Assembly (NCBI GenBank): GCA_000002435.2
Contig: CM018793.1
Strand: one strand, 5' to 3'
Length of the DNA: 64,000 nt
From: Giardia intestinalis
Taxonomy: Eukaryota
In this document: positions 57,001 to 64,000 of the stretch, piece after piece
Layout: each line of letters opens with the position of its first letter
Numbering within the stretch: position 1 is the stretch's first letter
Notes under the pieces: model-generated
Database searches by the model: none
Seen by the model: only the letters and a program-made list of their open reading frames with translations
What the model was told of the DNA's origin: nothing
Translations under genes and position numbers: made by a program

Positions 57001-57818
57001 TTCGCCAGCTCAAGAGGATCCACTTGGAGACGGAAATGCAGCAGATCAAGTACCGAGCTCCTGCGTTCATGAACATGGCACTGCACTACAAAGTCGACGC
57101 ATTCAAGTACATGCTAACAACATCTGACGCAATTGATCTCTGCAGGTCGTTGTGGAATAAGGCTTCTTCGGCAGAGGATTGGCTCCTGAAGAGAATGAAT
57201 TATACACGATCCATTGCTGTGTCCTCCATTGTTGGATATATCCTTGGCCTTGGTGACCGTCACCCCGCTAACCTAATGATAGAGCGGACGACCGGAATGG
57301 TGCTGCACATCGACTATGGCGATTGCTTCGAAGTTGCCATGCACAGGGAGCAGCTACCAGAGAAGGTTCCATTCCGTTTAACTTCAATTATGATGAAGGC
57401 GTTTGAAAGCTGTGGAACGGAGGGAAGCTTCCGGATGACAGGAGAGGCGACGATGAGCATATTGAGGTCGAACAAGGACAGCTTGGTAAGTGTGCTGGAA
57501 ACGTTCATCTATGATCCGCTGATGTCCATGAAGGTTCTTAGTGGAGAAAATACAATGGGTGGAAAGGAAAATATAGATGGAAACACAGAGTTTTATGGAA
57601 CAAGGAGGCCGGTGCAAGAAAGCTATCTCGAAGGGAACGAGAGGAACCCGAAAGCAGTGAAGATTGTTCAGCGTATCTACGACAAACTAACAGGGTACGA
57701 TATAAAGTACATAGATCGTTCTTTGAGCGTCTCTGAGCAGATACAAAGCCTCATACACAGTGCAACAAATGCGGAGAACCTGTGCCAACTATATATTGGA
57801 TGGTGTCCATACTGGTGA
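48096..57818 (+). CDS. TOR: TOR (target of rapamycin) phosphatidylinositol-3-kinase-related kinase, 3,240 aa. The probable true start is the Met at 48135 (MSTDAITSS...), which follows ATTTAAAA.
   Basis: The C-terminal catalytic domain LGLGDRHPANLMIERTTGMVLHIDYGDCFEVAMHREQLPEKVPFRLTSIMMKAFESCGTEGSFRMT is near-identical to mTOR (ILGLGDRHPSNLMLDR..ILHIDFGDCFEVAM.REKFPEKIPFRLTRML). It also has long HEAT-like N-terminal and FAT regions and a FATC-like C-terminus (...LCQLYIGWCPYW). Confidence 0.9.
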   Translation: MERGPQVPDLDLKMSTDAITSSRFYPYLADLKSIDPNIYTRAAMAIRMQVEKDSRQMLADPRTLFISDLMSFIRNLATSSSYEDRLASLWVMRELIQSRPTISMIPLTYFEEIALELVNDPSEVIILTNCVFIGRLINAEGHGIDFVPKLFVISIDKIKSGDSTKVYTGMLLFNDLTEVETSFAIDISSEEFLEPIWHVITETRNSNIKEVGFKAINKFISYQKKATKHDVLVRLITMIRAALDGKNISEQLIALHLLLNMLNLSVKDKSIADYFQENYSSFFSLVANIFRSKTSEGRMLVASIISLFAKLDPERFCTTERLQMILTFYKKMIPTQQELFIPLGEFVIVIGEKHVKPIFNDLINLITSSFKSQNFTKAGSILPPEPLKCIQYITKGAPNLVQKHVTSILECIFSVGLCESLTSALQDLSANLHNRLLDIQGLLLYLVANELGGINLFLSNAYGVIDGSEDYYLVLTENQSQAVADGHDSGVLDSQTSIIPGTRPSTTQATTHVEDTRTNEDAIELAHDLSITGLKEESEQCDFKNSLSVYQTVTTSAGITALYKLSDRIATALGTSKLRPRRHSTSEAILLAFQALYDFDFSLFDLTIFAADYLTRYLRNDSSTLRIKAAQTILKLMSEDHFEKIRRGKHSQYKSMTIKAEDCHSWAGSTLGEAPTPSGGATIIPPAVVSNQSFATTISPKTRHIRTHSSSHLDDMSSTSFCINQDCILSQDILKSSDLGTDGFFNSGPYRHMLISDTLRQIIIIGTTDIDPEVRMSIIQALTTTNRYDIYLVHESSLRTLFIALYDDNIEIRILAVKLIGRLCSLNPALVTPEIRHLILVLLTELRLTTENNKRATSNELIVKIFKFCGSIVLPYVPMVYSAVMGLISKDCDDEYLLITSLTTLAELFTIGSTSMVHCLAEVIPLLITCIKEETSKTLRLTTTRCFVRIVEATSFVVFPWFIYHDLFTIVFGILKNDTSQEIRLEAAKLITTIGAIDPIFYQNGKPDLSALVPPTNLTCKCQSTDVFSLDYIMDESNIWVCHKGEGGAAQEASIKSHGKAVVSPITGHVVENVYIMKLDSGSEVSANVSDFELTLNVIMSTLYSILSESTLDMYHYDAVVVFRTIIQTECTAISLPMVPKIISLILENIQNCKVFMQETMLRELILIISSIGHHAHSYVSDIFDIIEVLWANQQLIELILALLEEVSIVLDLSLGNYGSQFFLKFVGLFTVLKSSQEISDSAKKLLIRACRSVVALSSLFSNHIHLIVDLLCSGIRKQKLGKELRFALLDTLSRLTICTNLSRFGASIIHPILEVIMEADPCTSVEHNKNANPEKGLNPMNIVSYKAFEVLHFICAQFGVSVTLYIPVITECLLKVGFTSGLLDSIFSLLLRREEVDPVTFYRLICEWKKKQAKKFSEYTSLASLLAMYETPVTQDTLLYMESISNKVPGDDKDAMILVVKDINFDDIGSVINYLHTSSTWFGDDMRPLPAGAIGVHSLSIQENDMLNKHVTIPQQIWRADTCKKNEEWRHWLSNLSLTLLQCSPLKCLRACHKLATSYPRVARDLFNYSFLACLSETYPSNNEHRNYIVESIRSVFLSQNCPLDVLQILLDLAEFWENRSREFSTTFSHNFLGEVAERCHAYTRSLRYKETEYAQHPIEAVGRLIAINYSLGYEETAIGTLRVECKRLNFISTNLIYDILLRCLYTGLDDVFTMMQREGGLEPGAAVNCSAESTLERIINKVVSKIVTKALTEAKKISNLNQSIPQQLVSYGSIGGIFVEGRPVMSGPEGSVLQVDYNEIGIYLSALARRMLKSKLTYQYPTFLMYEENLFQSVLKTLRYKAQGHMQDLYGPSPKWFENVCLWDKALSGYNRQIDQLKLSLKSNTSEARTLLPMLVNLTKDKIRCLFALADYSAVQEEADQLLNYLSSESKEEAGLTTVKHTLIKGFQADIATYAAWSLLEQDQEDVEIWLRVLPEDNIDGTIIRATSYIKANKMLEAHKLLCKLRLRIDPDLIGLSAESYTRAYNLCILLQTITELQNIISYKLALNGLKLDAPSTLIKEGGNPYENIFETTLISFNPPPGFADTEKERLRLMWSRKISMIRWDCESWEALLRVRRLIIFPIEDQEVWIRFSVLCLQSGRVQLARKTLETFINSSSVHHIKVSKSRGLYTLLGLTSFGTPRRYLKHGSGDVSTGGSVTPIGSALGAEMGVVQDLSAVGSSLAKYLLKDGVVKDAFTAQQHVALPTSDVLSIASHSVAKPTLQMIANASTHQGQSIEKETPLSIVGQQCDDAKRNAQRDLFNALIPPLNHVYPHVLYAYCKHLWVSSNENVLEKLVAFTHLIRLCNDVSIQKTEPKLVCRMLIRLGAWYSDLLTPLDHKSCSMIGTISPSEGYVNIPVQDTVTSCSAIWNSIVNNCDADASVCSTTYEATEHSAERLELSSASTLDKAVAKLVDNILLAYDELSNVSLEECNQYNTVGMSRIGLIALEWFQVAADRDETSNHIWKCISHTTYAIVNSFAAYIDKLNDRPGVDGGLQIVTRRSSVDATSDAVGSTSEALSQSVQDSDRPLVCPEHLGFVQNRQVLLEKAKLEYLVESIIAHFKCIETGRSIEALPTTLRLMTLWFRYGSYDEVETEIINGLAAVPINIWLDVIPQLIARLHSPQHKIRLLVHQLLVLIGTEHPQALIYPLVVASKSTILNRRVESLSIVDQIRRTNEAMILESLNINKELQRVAILWPEIAYDLITQASTAFCEEPRDLVKFFNYACQLQLLASRTPETQSESVFIQMFSSQLQAAWDSCRQFPVTNDLVCLNIVMKHYKEIYDRIHSELPFLNTIDLLQTSPLLYNISNTNLCVPGSYHPARAITTIVKFYQKVFVIRSKQRPRKVGLVASDGEYYAFLLKGHEDLRQDERVMQLFTLINNLLMNDSYCSRRGLMVMKYPITPLSQNSGLLYWVPGCDTIISLIKEFRQLKRIHLETEMQQIKYRAPAFMNMALHYKVDAFKYMLTTSDAIDLCRSLWNKASSAEDWLLKRMNYTRSIAVSSIVGYILGLGDRHPANLMIERTTGMVLHIDYGDCFEVAMHREQLPEKVPFRLTSIMMKAFESCGTEGSFRMTGEATMSILRSNKDSLVSVLETFIYDPLMSMKVLSGENTMGGKENIDGNTEFYGTRRPVQESYLEGNERNPKAVKIVQRIYDKLTGYDIKYIDRSLSVSEQIQSLIHSATNAENLCQLYIGWCPYW

Positions 57819-57819
57819 G

Positions 57820-59682
57820 TCACTTGAAGCAGAGGCCGTTATCTTGCTTAGTTATATGGGTATAAGCATCGTGCTCACCTACCCATTGAATTAGGACTTC
57901 TCCAGCATCTTTTAGCTCCTTTAGATACATGCTTTCACCAATCTTGTAAACCTTATCGTTAGCGTGTCCCACTATCGGTATCAAAGCTAGCCCATGTGAC
58001 CGTAGACTTCGGATTGCATCCCGGATTGATCCCTTAACCCGCAACCTATACAAACCGGCAGTCGCATCTAGTTCCTCCAGTTTTATGTTGTTGGTAATAA
58101 GGCGTGCCACAGAGTTCTTATTCTGCATCCCCTGATGAAGATATGCACGACTGGTGTTGTGATACCCGCGGAGCGGGATTGCAAAAATTGGTGACCCGTC
58201 ATTTCCAGTGCAGATTATCTTGGACTTTCGATAATACTCTTGCAAAAGCTCGGAGAATCTAACAACGTTATCAACAGCAGTATTGTGAATGAGAAAAACA
58301 GCACGAGGATTTAAAAAGTCGATGGTTTTGATGATTCCATTAAAATCAACGTGGGCATTAAATGCAAGATGGGTTGCTCTGCAGTTAATAGGAACTGCCA
58401 CCTTCATGTTGTCAAAAAGAATATGCTTTGCTGCATGTCTGATGATTCGCCAGTTGTATCCCATTAAGGGCATGTGACCAGGGTATGCCACCAGAGCCTT
58501 AGGATCCTGGACAATCTGCATGAAGCAATCTAGTGTCACACCAGTCTTAGTTTGGTTGGGTGCAGAAATAACACACCACGAGTCACTTGTGGAGGCCAAA
58601 CCGTCGGCAGATGGGCCACCCATGACCTTACTGACTGCCTCCTCGCTGGCACTTCCCGCAGGGATTATATATCGTCTGTCAAATTCACGCATGCGATGAT
58701 AGATTGGAAGTGACGTGAATGGCGTTGTATCCAACGAATAATTTCCTAAAATCCGCTGAGCATCCGTCATTTGTTTGATCATCCCTGTCGCTAGAAAAAG
58801 CTTATTCTTATTTAGACGGAACCTCTCCCAGAATGACCATACTTTGACAATAATATCTTGACAGAGGCCCATGGCCGACGTTGGAAGAAGCACGCGACCG
58901 TTCTGGCGCAGTGTTTCAGCTACGTCCGCGAGCTGAAGAGAATCTCTGTAGAGACTAGGCCGTCGAGAAATGTTGCAATAAGTCGTTTCTGTAATCAAAA
59001 TGTCTGCGCCAATGGCGCAGTTAGGGAGCGTCGCACCCGGAAGGGTGGTGCGGGCTGTTGTGTTGTAATCTCCGGTATAAACAATTTTGGCGCATCCAGC
59101 AACAGTGATCGTTGTAATGACCGCGCCGATAATATGGCCAGCATTAGAGAAGTTGATAATCGTCTCCGGAACAGGCTCTCCGGTACGAGACGGTTGACAA
59201 TCAGCTACAAAATTGGTGTTGTTTTTGTATGTTTTAAGTAAAGAAATAATCCTAGAACGAACTTCTATTGTGCGAGCCTGCTTCTCTAACTTACTCATGC
59301 TCTGATTAGTATTATCAAATACGCGGTCATAGTCAGCATACATTTGCGGCAATAAAAACTTTGTGGCCTCAGTGGTGTAAACAGGTCGATTGAAATTGGG
59401 GAAAAGGGAAAAGAGGAACGGAAGAGCCCCACTGTGATCAAAGTGCGCATGAGAGATAATGATGAAATCTAGATCACGCTCTAGTGAATACCCCATGTCC
59501 TGTAAACATTTCAACTTAAAAGAGGGGACCCTCTCTCCATCTGGAGCAGAGGTTCTTAATCCGCAGTCCAGGAGAAATGAAACTTTAGAACCAACAATAA
59601 CTAAATAGCAAGAGTTTCCAATGCGAGGGGACATTCCTAACGGAATAACCACTATGTCACAGCAGTTCTGTACTCCCGGCAT
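57820..59682 (-). CDS. Metallo-beta-lactamase / beta-CASP family RNA-processing nuclease, CPSF-73- or Integrator-11-like, 620 aa.
   Basis: Metallo-beta-lactamase motif 2 HxHxDH (IIISHAHFDHSGALPFL), an N-terminal LDCG motif, and beta-CASP motif C (LAFNAHVDFNGIIKTIDFLNPRAVFLIHN, cf. CPSF73 SFSAHADY...LKPPHVILVHGE). Confidence 0.7.
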   Translation of the reverse strand: MPGVQNCCDIVVIPLGMSPRIGNSCYLVIVGSKVSFLLDCGLRTSAPDGERVPSFKLKCLQDMGYSLERDLDFIIISHAHFDHSGALPFLFSLFPNFNRPVYTTEATKFLLPQMYADYDRVFDNTNQSMSKLEKQARTIEVRSRIISLLKTYKNNTNFVADCQPSRTGEPVPETIINFSNAGHIIGAVITTITVAGCAKIVYTGDYNTTARTTLPGATLPNCAIGADILITETTYCNISRRPSLYRDSLQLADVAETLRQNGRVLLPTSAMGLCQDIIVKVWSFWERFRLNKNKLFLATGMIKQMTDAQRILGNYSLDTTPFTSLPIYHRMREFDRRYIIPAGSASEEAVSKVMGGPSADGLASTSDSWCVISAPNQTKTGVTLDCFMQIVQDPKALVAYPGHMPLMGYNWRIIRHAAKHILFDNMKVAVPINCRATHLAFNAHVDFNGIIKTIDFLNPRAVFLIHNTAVDNVVRFSELLQEYYRKSKIICTGNDGSPIFAIPLRGYHNTSRAYLHQGMQNKNSVARLITNNIKLEELDATAGLYRLRVKGSIRDAIRSLRSHGLALIPIVGHANDKVYKIGESMYLKELKDAGEVLIQWVGEHDAYTHITKQDNGLCFK

Positions 59683-59726
59683 AAAGATGATTTTTTATTG
59701 CGTGACTTTCGATAGTCCAAACTACA

Positions 59727-61691
59727 ATGCAGAATATATCAGCATACAATGAGATCTTGTCGCTATTTGACTCTGGTAATATCGGAAACTACGACATTTC
59801 GGAGGCATGTATGAGTCCCATGAACTCGCGAACACTAACCATTACCTTTTGCTCCAGACCAGATCCCATGCCTCCTGGTGCTGATAACTCACCAGCTGAG
59901 CATAGAAGCTGGTTTAACTTTCTTGTGCATAATCCCTCCGGCCTTGATGTGGATGTTTTGATATTCCAGTGGATAAATGCTCCCTCCCCTAGAAGACAGG
60001 TTAAGACCGGCTATAGACCAGTTTATAGAACTATATCGAGAGCGTACAATTCAGCCATACAGGCCTTAAAGAAGGCTGAGGCGTCTGGGGTCCCCGACTA
60101 CTCTATCGTACTTCCAACACACAATCAACTCCCATTTAGATATACAGAAGCAGAAAGCTTCACAAATAGCATGGGTGCATTCTTAGGATTTAGTATTAGG
60201 GTCCCTCGCGGTACAACGTGTGTACAGATTGCATTCACCTTTCCCTATCCTTTAAACGAGATCTTTCTTCGCATGCGAGAGCTTAGAGCTTTATACCCTG
60301 TTACAGAAGAGCAGTTGAACGATGAGACTATACTGTACCGCATTGCACGTCACCCCGGATTGCCAATATTGTACTTTAGTGCGCGCTGCCATCCAGGCGA
60401 AACTCCAGGAAGCTACGTCTTAGAAGGGATTCTCAAAGACATAAGCAAGCTTCTTAATTGGTTTGAAATTTGGATTGTTCCAGCCATAAATGCAGAGGGA
60501 ATAAGGTGTGGACATTACAGGACTGATGCAGCAGGAAATGATCTTAATAGATGTTATATTGAAAACTCTTCATTGGTTACAGGAAAGATTCTTTCTAAAA
60601 TTAAGACCCAGGGCACGAATACCGGGATATTTCAACCTTCATCTGAACGACTCATTAAGGTCTTCCGCCGCATCTGCCATACGCCTACCTTCAGAAGCTT
60701 TGCGGAGCCCAGACCTCCTTCTGACATAAATGCTGCAATAGAGTCTTCTGACTTAAATACTCGGCAGACGTGCCTTTACCCAATGAGCTGCAATAGCCTC
60801 ACTGGATTGACAGGCTCTGCATCCCAATCAACACCTTCAGATGCTCGTGAGATGGTTAATTTACCTAAGGATTTGTCTAATAGTTATCACACAGAATCAG
60901 TGATCACTCCTGTAGGGTCCCTTCGCCTGTCCGCCACTATCAGATCCCCGCTCTCTATGAGTACTATCTCCCCTGTTTTAATGGAGGCTCCTATTCATAG
61001 TCCCAGAGAAAAGCGGGGTAACACCATACACACCATAGTTATACAGCCTAACCCCCCTGTTGAATATACGACTAAACAGTGCGTAATCTTTTGCCTAGAT
61101 TTGCATGCGCATGCGTCCATTCCAAACTGCTTTCTGTTTGGCAATTCACAGATTGGTGACGCATCACCAGAATTCGATAATATCTTAGATTGCAGCATGG
61201 CAGAGCTGAGATCTCTCCTTTTCCCTGTCATTGTGCAATCATCAATTAAGGGCTTTGACATCATGCGCTCAGACTTTAGTCCATGCTCTATGTACAAGCA
61301 GGACAAGTGTGGCAACAGTTACAAGCACACCATGCGAGTAGGGCTTCATAGCATCACAAAGCTTCCTAACATATATTGCTTCGAAACACATTACTATAGG
61401 CAAGTTAAGGCAAAGAAGACCAGCCGCATTGGTGTCCCGGGTTTCATTGCAATGGGTCAGGGACTTGTGTCTGCCATAGAAGCGTACTTTAGACTCGACC
61501 CTCCAGTCGTTCTCAGTGCTCTACGCAGACTTGAGCTATATGCAAACCGTATCAACGTTGATACCAGGTTTTATGTACTTCTAAAGGAGCTTAAAACAAG
61601 GCTCGGAAAAGATTATTTCTCACGAATATACGAGCTCATCTTCGATCAGTTTGACAACCAGTGCTGTGGCAGTATTCGCCGTAGATTGTGA
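59727..61691 (+). CDS. M14-family zinc carboxypeptidase of the cytosolic carboxypeptidase (CCP/Nna1-like) subfamily, a candidate tubulin deglutamylase, 654 aa.
   Basis: The CCP N-domain motifs FDSGNI (cf. FESGNL) and WFNF are present. The catalytic core SARCHPGETPGSYVLEGILKDI...IWIVPAINAEGIRCGHYRTDAAGNDLNRCY matches the CCP pattern ARVHPGET...P.LNPDGV..G.YR....G.DLNRNY. Confidence 0.65.
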   Translation: MQNISAYNEILSLFDSGNIGNYDISEACMSPMNSRTLTITFCSRPDPMPPGADNSPAEHRSWFNFLVHNPSGLDVDVLIFQWINAPSPRRQVKTGYRPVYRTISRAYNSAIQALKKAEASGVPDYSIVLPTHNQLPFRYTEAESFTNSMGAFLGFSIRVPRGTTCVQIAFTFPYPLNEIFLRMRELRALYPVTEEQLNDETILYRIARHPGLPILYFSARCHPGETPGSYVLEGILKDISKLLNWFEIWIVPAINAEGIRCGHYRTDAAGNDLNRCYIENSSLVTGKILSKIKTQGTNTGIFQPSSERLIKVFRRICHTPTFRSFAEPRPPSDINAAIESSDLNTRQTCLYPMSCNSLTGLTGSASQSTPSDAREMVNLPKDLSNSYHTESVITPVGSLRLSATIRSPLSMSTISPVLMEAPIHSPREKRGNTIHTIVIQPNPPVEYTTKQCVIFCLDLHAHASIPNCFLFGNSQIGDASPEFDNILDCSMAELRSLLFPVIVQSSIKGFDIMRSDFSPCSMYKQDKCGNSYKHTMRVGLHSITKLPNIYCFETHYYRQVKAKKTSRIGVPGFIAMGQGLVSAIEAYFRLDPPVVLSALRRLELYANRINVDTRFYVLLKELKTRLGKDYFSRIYELIFDQFDNQCCGSIRRRL

Positions 61692-61692
61692 T

Positions 61693-63906
61693 CTAGTACC
61701 TCGTTAGAAGGATACATAAGTAGATGTGAGAAATAAGATAAATTAAAAGGCACGCTCCGACCACTGCCATTGTACAAATAATGACTACATCCTCGGCGGC
61801 CTTTTTCGAGAAGAACAAGAGTTTTGTTTTCAAAAATTGAGGGCTGTATCCATACACATCGAGCCCGTATATCAGGTCTATACAATAGCTCTTGATTGGG
61901 TCATTGTATCCCGTCTCCGGTAGCCAAAAAGGGCTTTCAAAGTAATTGTACTCTTCCCACATAGATTTCCGTGGCTTAAAAAACCAATCAAAGTAACTTT
62001 TTATCCGGTATGTTTCCAGAGAGATGTGGTACCAATCCGTTGTTGGCATCTTCTCAACATCTAGATATTTTTCTTTATTGAGGGCTATTCGCTCCCACAA
62101 CAGCTGAGTAGATATGGTTGTTTTGAGATCCAGGCATACTAGTGTAAACAGAGATTCCATCTTCCCCATGGAACAGCTTCCAAGGAGGGTTCCGGGCATG
62201 TCGAGCTGCTTGACCTGAACGTCGTCTATAAATATGGATGGTAGTGAAAGATATAGGAAGATTTCTTCATTGTACCCTTTGCTTTCAACGAAGAATGAAT
62301 TAGTTGCTATGTTCCTTAGATCCTTCTCCCTTATTTCACTGTATACTTTAGATATGTCATCGGTCCATCGTGTATCGATGGAGCATTGTTGTACTCTATT
62401 GAGTTGCCGCTTATACTTCAATTCAGCTAGAGAAAGTACGAGATATTCAAAGTTCTTATTGTCGTAAATGGACAGGACATCGTTATGATAAAGAAGTGAG
62501 CCAATAATACGTAGCTTAGTGTTTTCATCAAGTCGCTTGAGCGTCGGGTAGCCTAAGCTCGATGATGCTATGGAAACTCCATAGTGGTTGATAACCAATG
62601 CTTCCACATCTGCAGTGATACCATCAATGTTGTTGTGGGCATTCGTGATTATCCCATTCACCCGTTCTTCAACCATGTCGACCCTTTCCAATAGAACAAC
62701 CTTAAATATCGACCTGACGCGGTAGAATGGAACGTCAATGTGTATGTTGGAGACACGTGCCAGATAAGAGAAATACTTATTGATTTGTTCCGTTGAATAG
62801 CTGGAAGTTAAAGGTATTGCAGATACGTTACGGCAAAGCTTGCTAGTTAAAATCCCGTACTTGGTCTGTAAGCTAGTCATAAGGTCTGTATACAAGAGAT
62901 CCACGTAGTGAGTAGACAAGTATATTCCCAGTGAGGGATTTAAAAGGACAATGATTTGCGGAGGTGGAAGATAGTACGCGTTGGAGAGAAGAATTTCTAA
63001 CTTATTATCTTTTATAGCTGGCAGATCCATGGTCCACGTTGCCAAAATCTTTTCTAGAATAGAGGCCATTATACGATATGAGTTCCTAGCAAACTCCCAA
63101 TACACCATTGAGAATTCCATAGCACATACCTGCATGAGCGGGAGACTGTCAAGGGTTATTTTGGAACCACAACACGGCACACCTTGAGAACTAGACTCTG
63201 TGTTACCCTCTAGAAATTGAATTAGGTATCGCTGTACTGTTATATCCATGTACCAGCTCTTGCAGATCTGTTTGTGCCGCGTGGAGGGATAGATCATAGC
63301 ATACATGAAGATCTTCTCTGGTCGAGAAACCTTGTCTGGTACAGCAGCTGGGTAAATCTTATCTGCATATGAATAAAAGTCTAAAAGGGGGCAGGCACAT
63401 CGAATGCTTGTAGCCTTGTCTGCCGTTATTGTTGGGAGTGTGATGGCGTCCAAGTATTCATTGGTGACATATGCTCTCAGCCCGAGGACAGGACAAAGTG
63501 TGCTCTTAAAGCTTTCACATGGATCGATTATGTAGGGCGTTGAGGATGGTGTACCACTAATAAGCGTGCCGATCCAAGAAAAGAGAGGTTCTCCATCCAG
63601 AGGAAGAGGGTATGCGTCAGGATCTTTATAGAAAGGGTGCTTCATTGTCTTAGAATCAAATGGGGCCAACAAACCGTGCGTTGACATGGCATACTCTTCA
63701 AGAATTATTACTTTAACTCTAAACAGTGCCCTAGGGTACTCTTCCGCCCTAAATTTTCCGTTATATATTAGAATATCGTACAACCCCACGCGTGTATCTG
63801 GCTCAGCGCAGAGGCGGCCGCGGAGACAGACATACTTAAGATCGTAGTTTTCAAATACTATCATGCTACTTGATTCGCTGTCGCTAAAAATATTTGGTAG
63901 CTTCAT
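61693..63906 (-). CDS. Hypothetical protein, 737 aa, with a C-terminal hydrophobic tail-anchor-like segment.
   Basis: Complete ORF. The C-terminal VVIICTMAVVGACLLIYLISHIYLCILL is a predicted transmembrane helix. No catalytic motif was recognised. Confidence 0.5.
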   Translation of the reverse strand: MKLPNIFSDSESSSMIVFENYDLKYVCLRGRLCAEPDTRVGLYDILIYNGKFRAEEYPRALFRVKVIILEEYAMSTHGLLAPFDSKTMKHPFYKDPDAYPLPLDGEPLFSWIGTLISGTPSSTPYIIDPCESFKSTLCPVLGLRAYVTNEYLDAITLPTITADKATSIRCACPLLDFYSYADKIYPAAVPDKVSRPEKIFMYAMIYPSTRHKQICKSWYMDITVQRYLIQFLEGNTESSSQGVPCCGSKITLDSLPLMQVCAMEFSMVYWEFARNSYRIMASILEKILATWTMDLPAIKDNKLEILLSNAYYLPPPQIIVLLNPSLGIYLSTHYVDLLYTDLMTSLQTKYGILTSKLCRNVSAIPLTSSYSTEQINKYFSYLARVSNIHIDVPFYRVRSIFKVVLLERVDMVEERVNGIITNAHNNIDGITADVEALVINHYGVSIASSSLGYPTLKRLDENTKLRIIGSLLYHNDVLSIYDNKNFEYLVLSLAELKYKRQLNRVQQCSIDTRWTDDISKVYSEIREKDLRNIATNSFFVESKGYNEEIFLYLSLPSIFIDDVQVKQLDMPGTLLGSCSMGKMESLFTLVCLDLKTTISTQLLWERIALNKEKYLDVEKMPTTDWYHISLETYRIKSYFDWFFKPRKSMWEEYNYFESPFWLPETGYNDPIKSYCIDLIYGLDVYGYSPQFLKTKLLFFSKKAAEDVVIICTMAVVGACLLIYLISHIYLCILLTRY

Positions 63907-64000
63907 GGAAGAGGTACTTAAACCTTTAATCAGTTGAAATGTCCCGTTGTAATTGAACCGATACGTTTCTGTTTGTAAATCTATTAGCTCTTTTAGCCTA

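Overview
This window reads as an intron-free, very gene-dense eukaryotic chromosome segment, almost certainly from Giardia intestinalis (a diplomonad). The evidence is a surface-protein gene ending in the Giardia VSP hallmark '...GGCY...transmembrane...CRGKA*', followed 8 nt later by the Giardia poly(A) signal AGTAAAC (consensus AGTRAAY). Supporting this are an ankyrin-tailed NEK-family pseudokinase next to the VSP, 'protein 21.1'-type ankyrin-repeat genes, a 3,240-aa TOR kinase, and very short AT-rich intergenic spacers with several genes overlapping or abutting. About 30 protein-coding genes can be supported. Those with recognisable products are an AMPK/SNF1-like kinase, TOR, a HECT E3 ligase, two RING-finger giants (one ankyrin+RING, one triple-RING), a PX-domain protein, a TGS+uridine-kinase fusion, a GHMP (phosphomevalonate-like) kinase, a U2AF35-like splicing factor, a CPSF73-like beta-CASP nuclease and an M14 cytosolic carboxypeptidase (tubulin-deglutamylase-like). 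The remainder are coiled-coil or otherwise uncharacterised ORFs. There are two tRNA genes, Leu-CAG on the plus strand and Met-CAT on the minus strand, facing each other across a 435-bp (ACCATTACCT)n minisatellite. The most striking structure is an ~8.9-kb compositionally distinct, GC-rich cassette at 33031-41893. It is bounded by ~360-bp, ~99%-identical inverted repeats, with weaker homology extending to ~700 bp per arm. The cassette contains a 2-kb GC-rich non-coding block, the NEK pseudokinase and, divergently from it, a VSP gene carrying 12 essentially identical 225-bp (75-aa, 10-Cys) tandem repeats. This looks like an invertible or recombinogenic antigenic-variation cassette and is the best candidate for something undescribed. 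All calls are from reading the sequence and from recall of family motifs; no database search was run.
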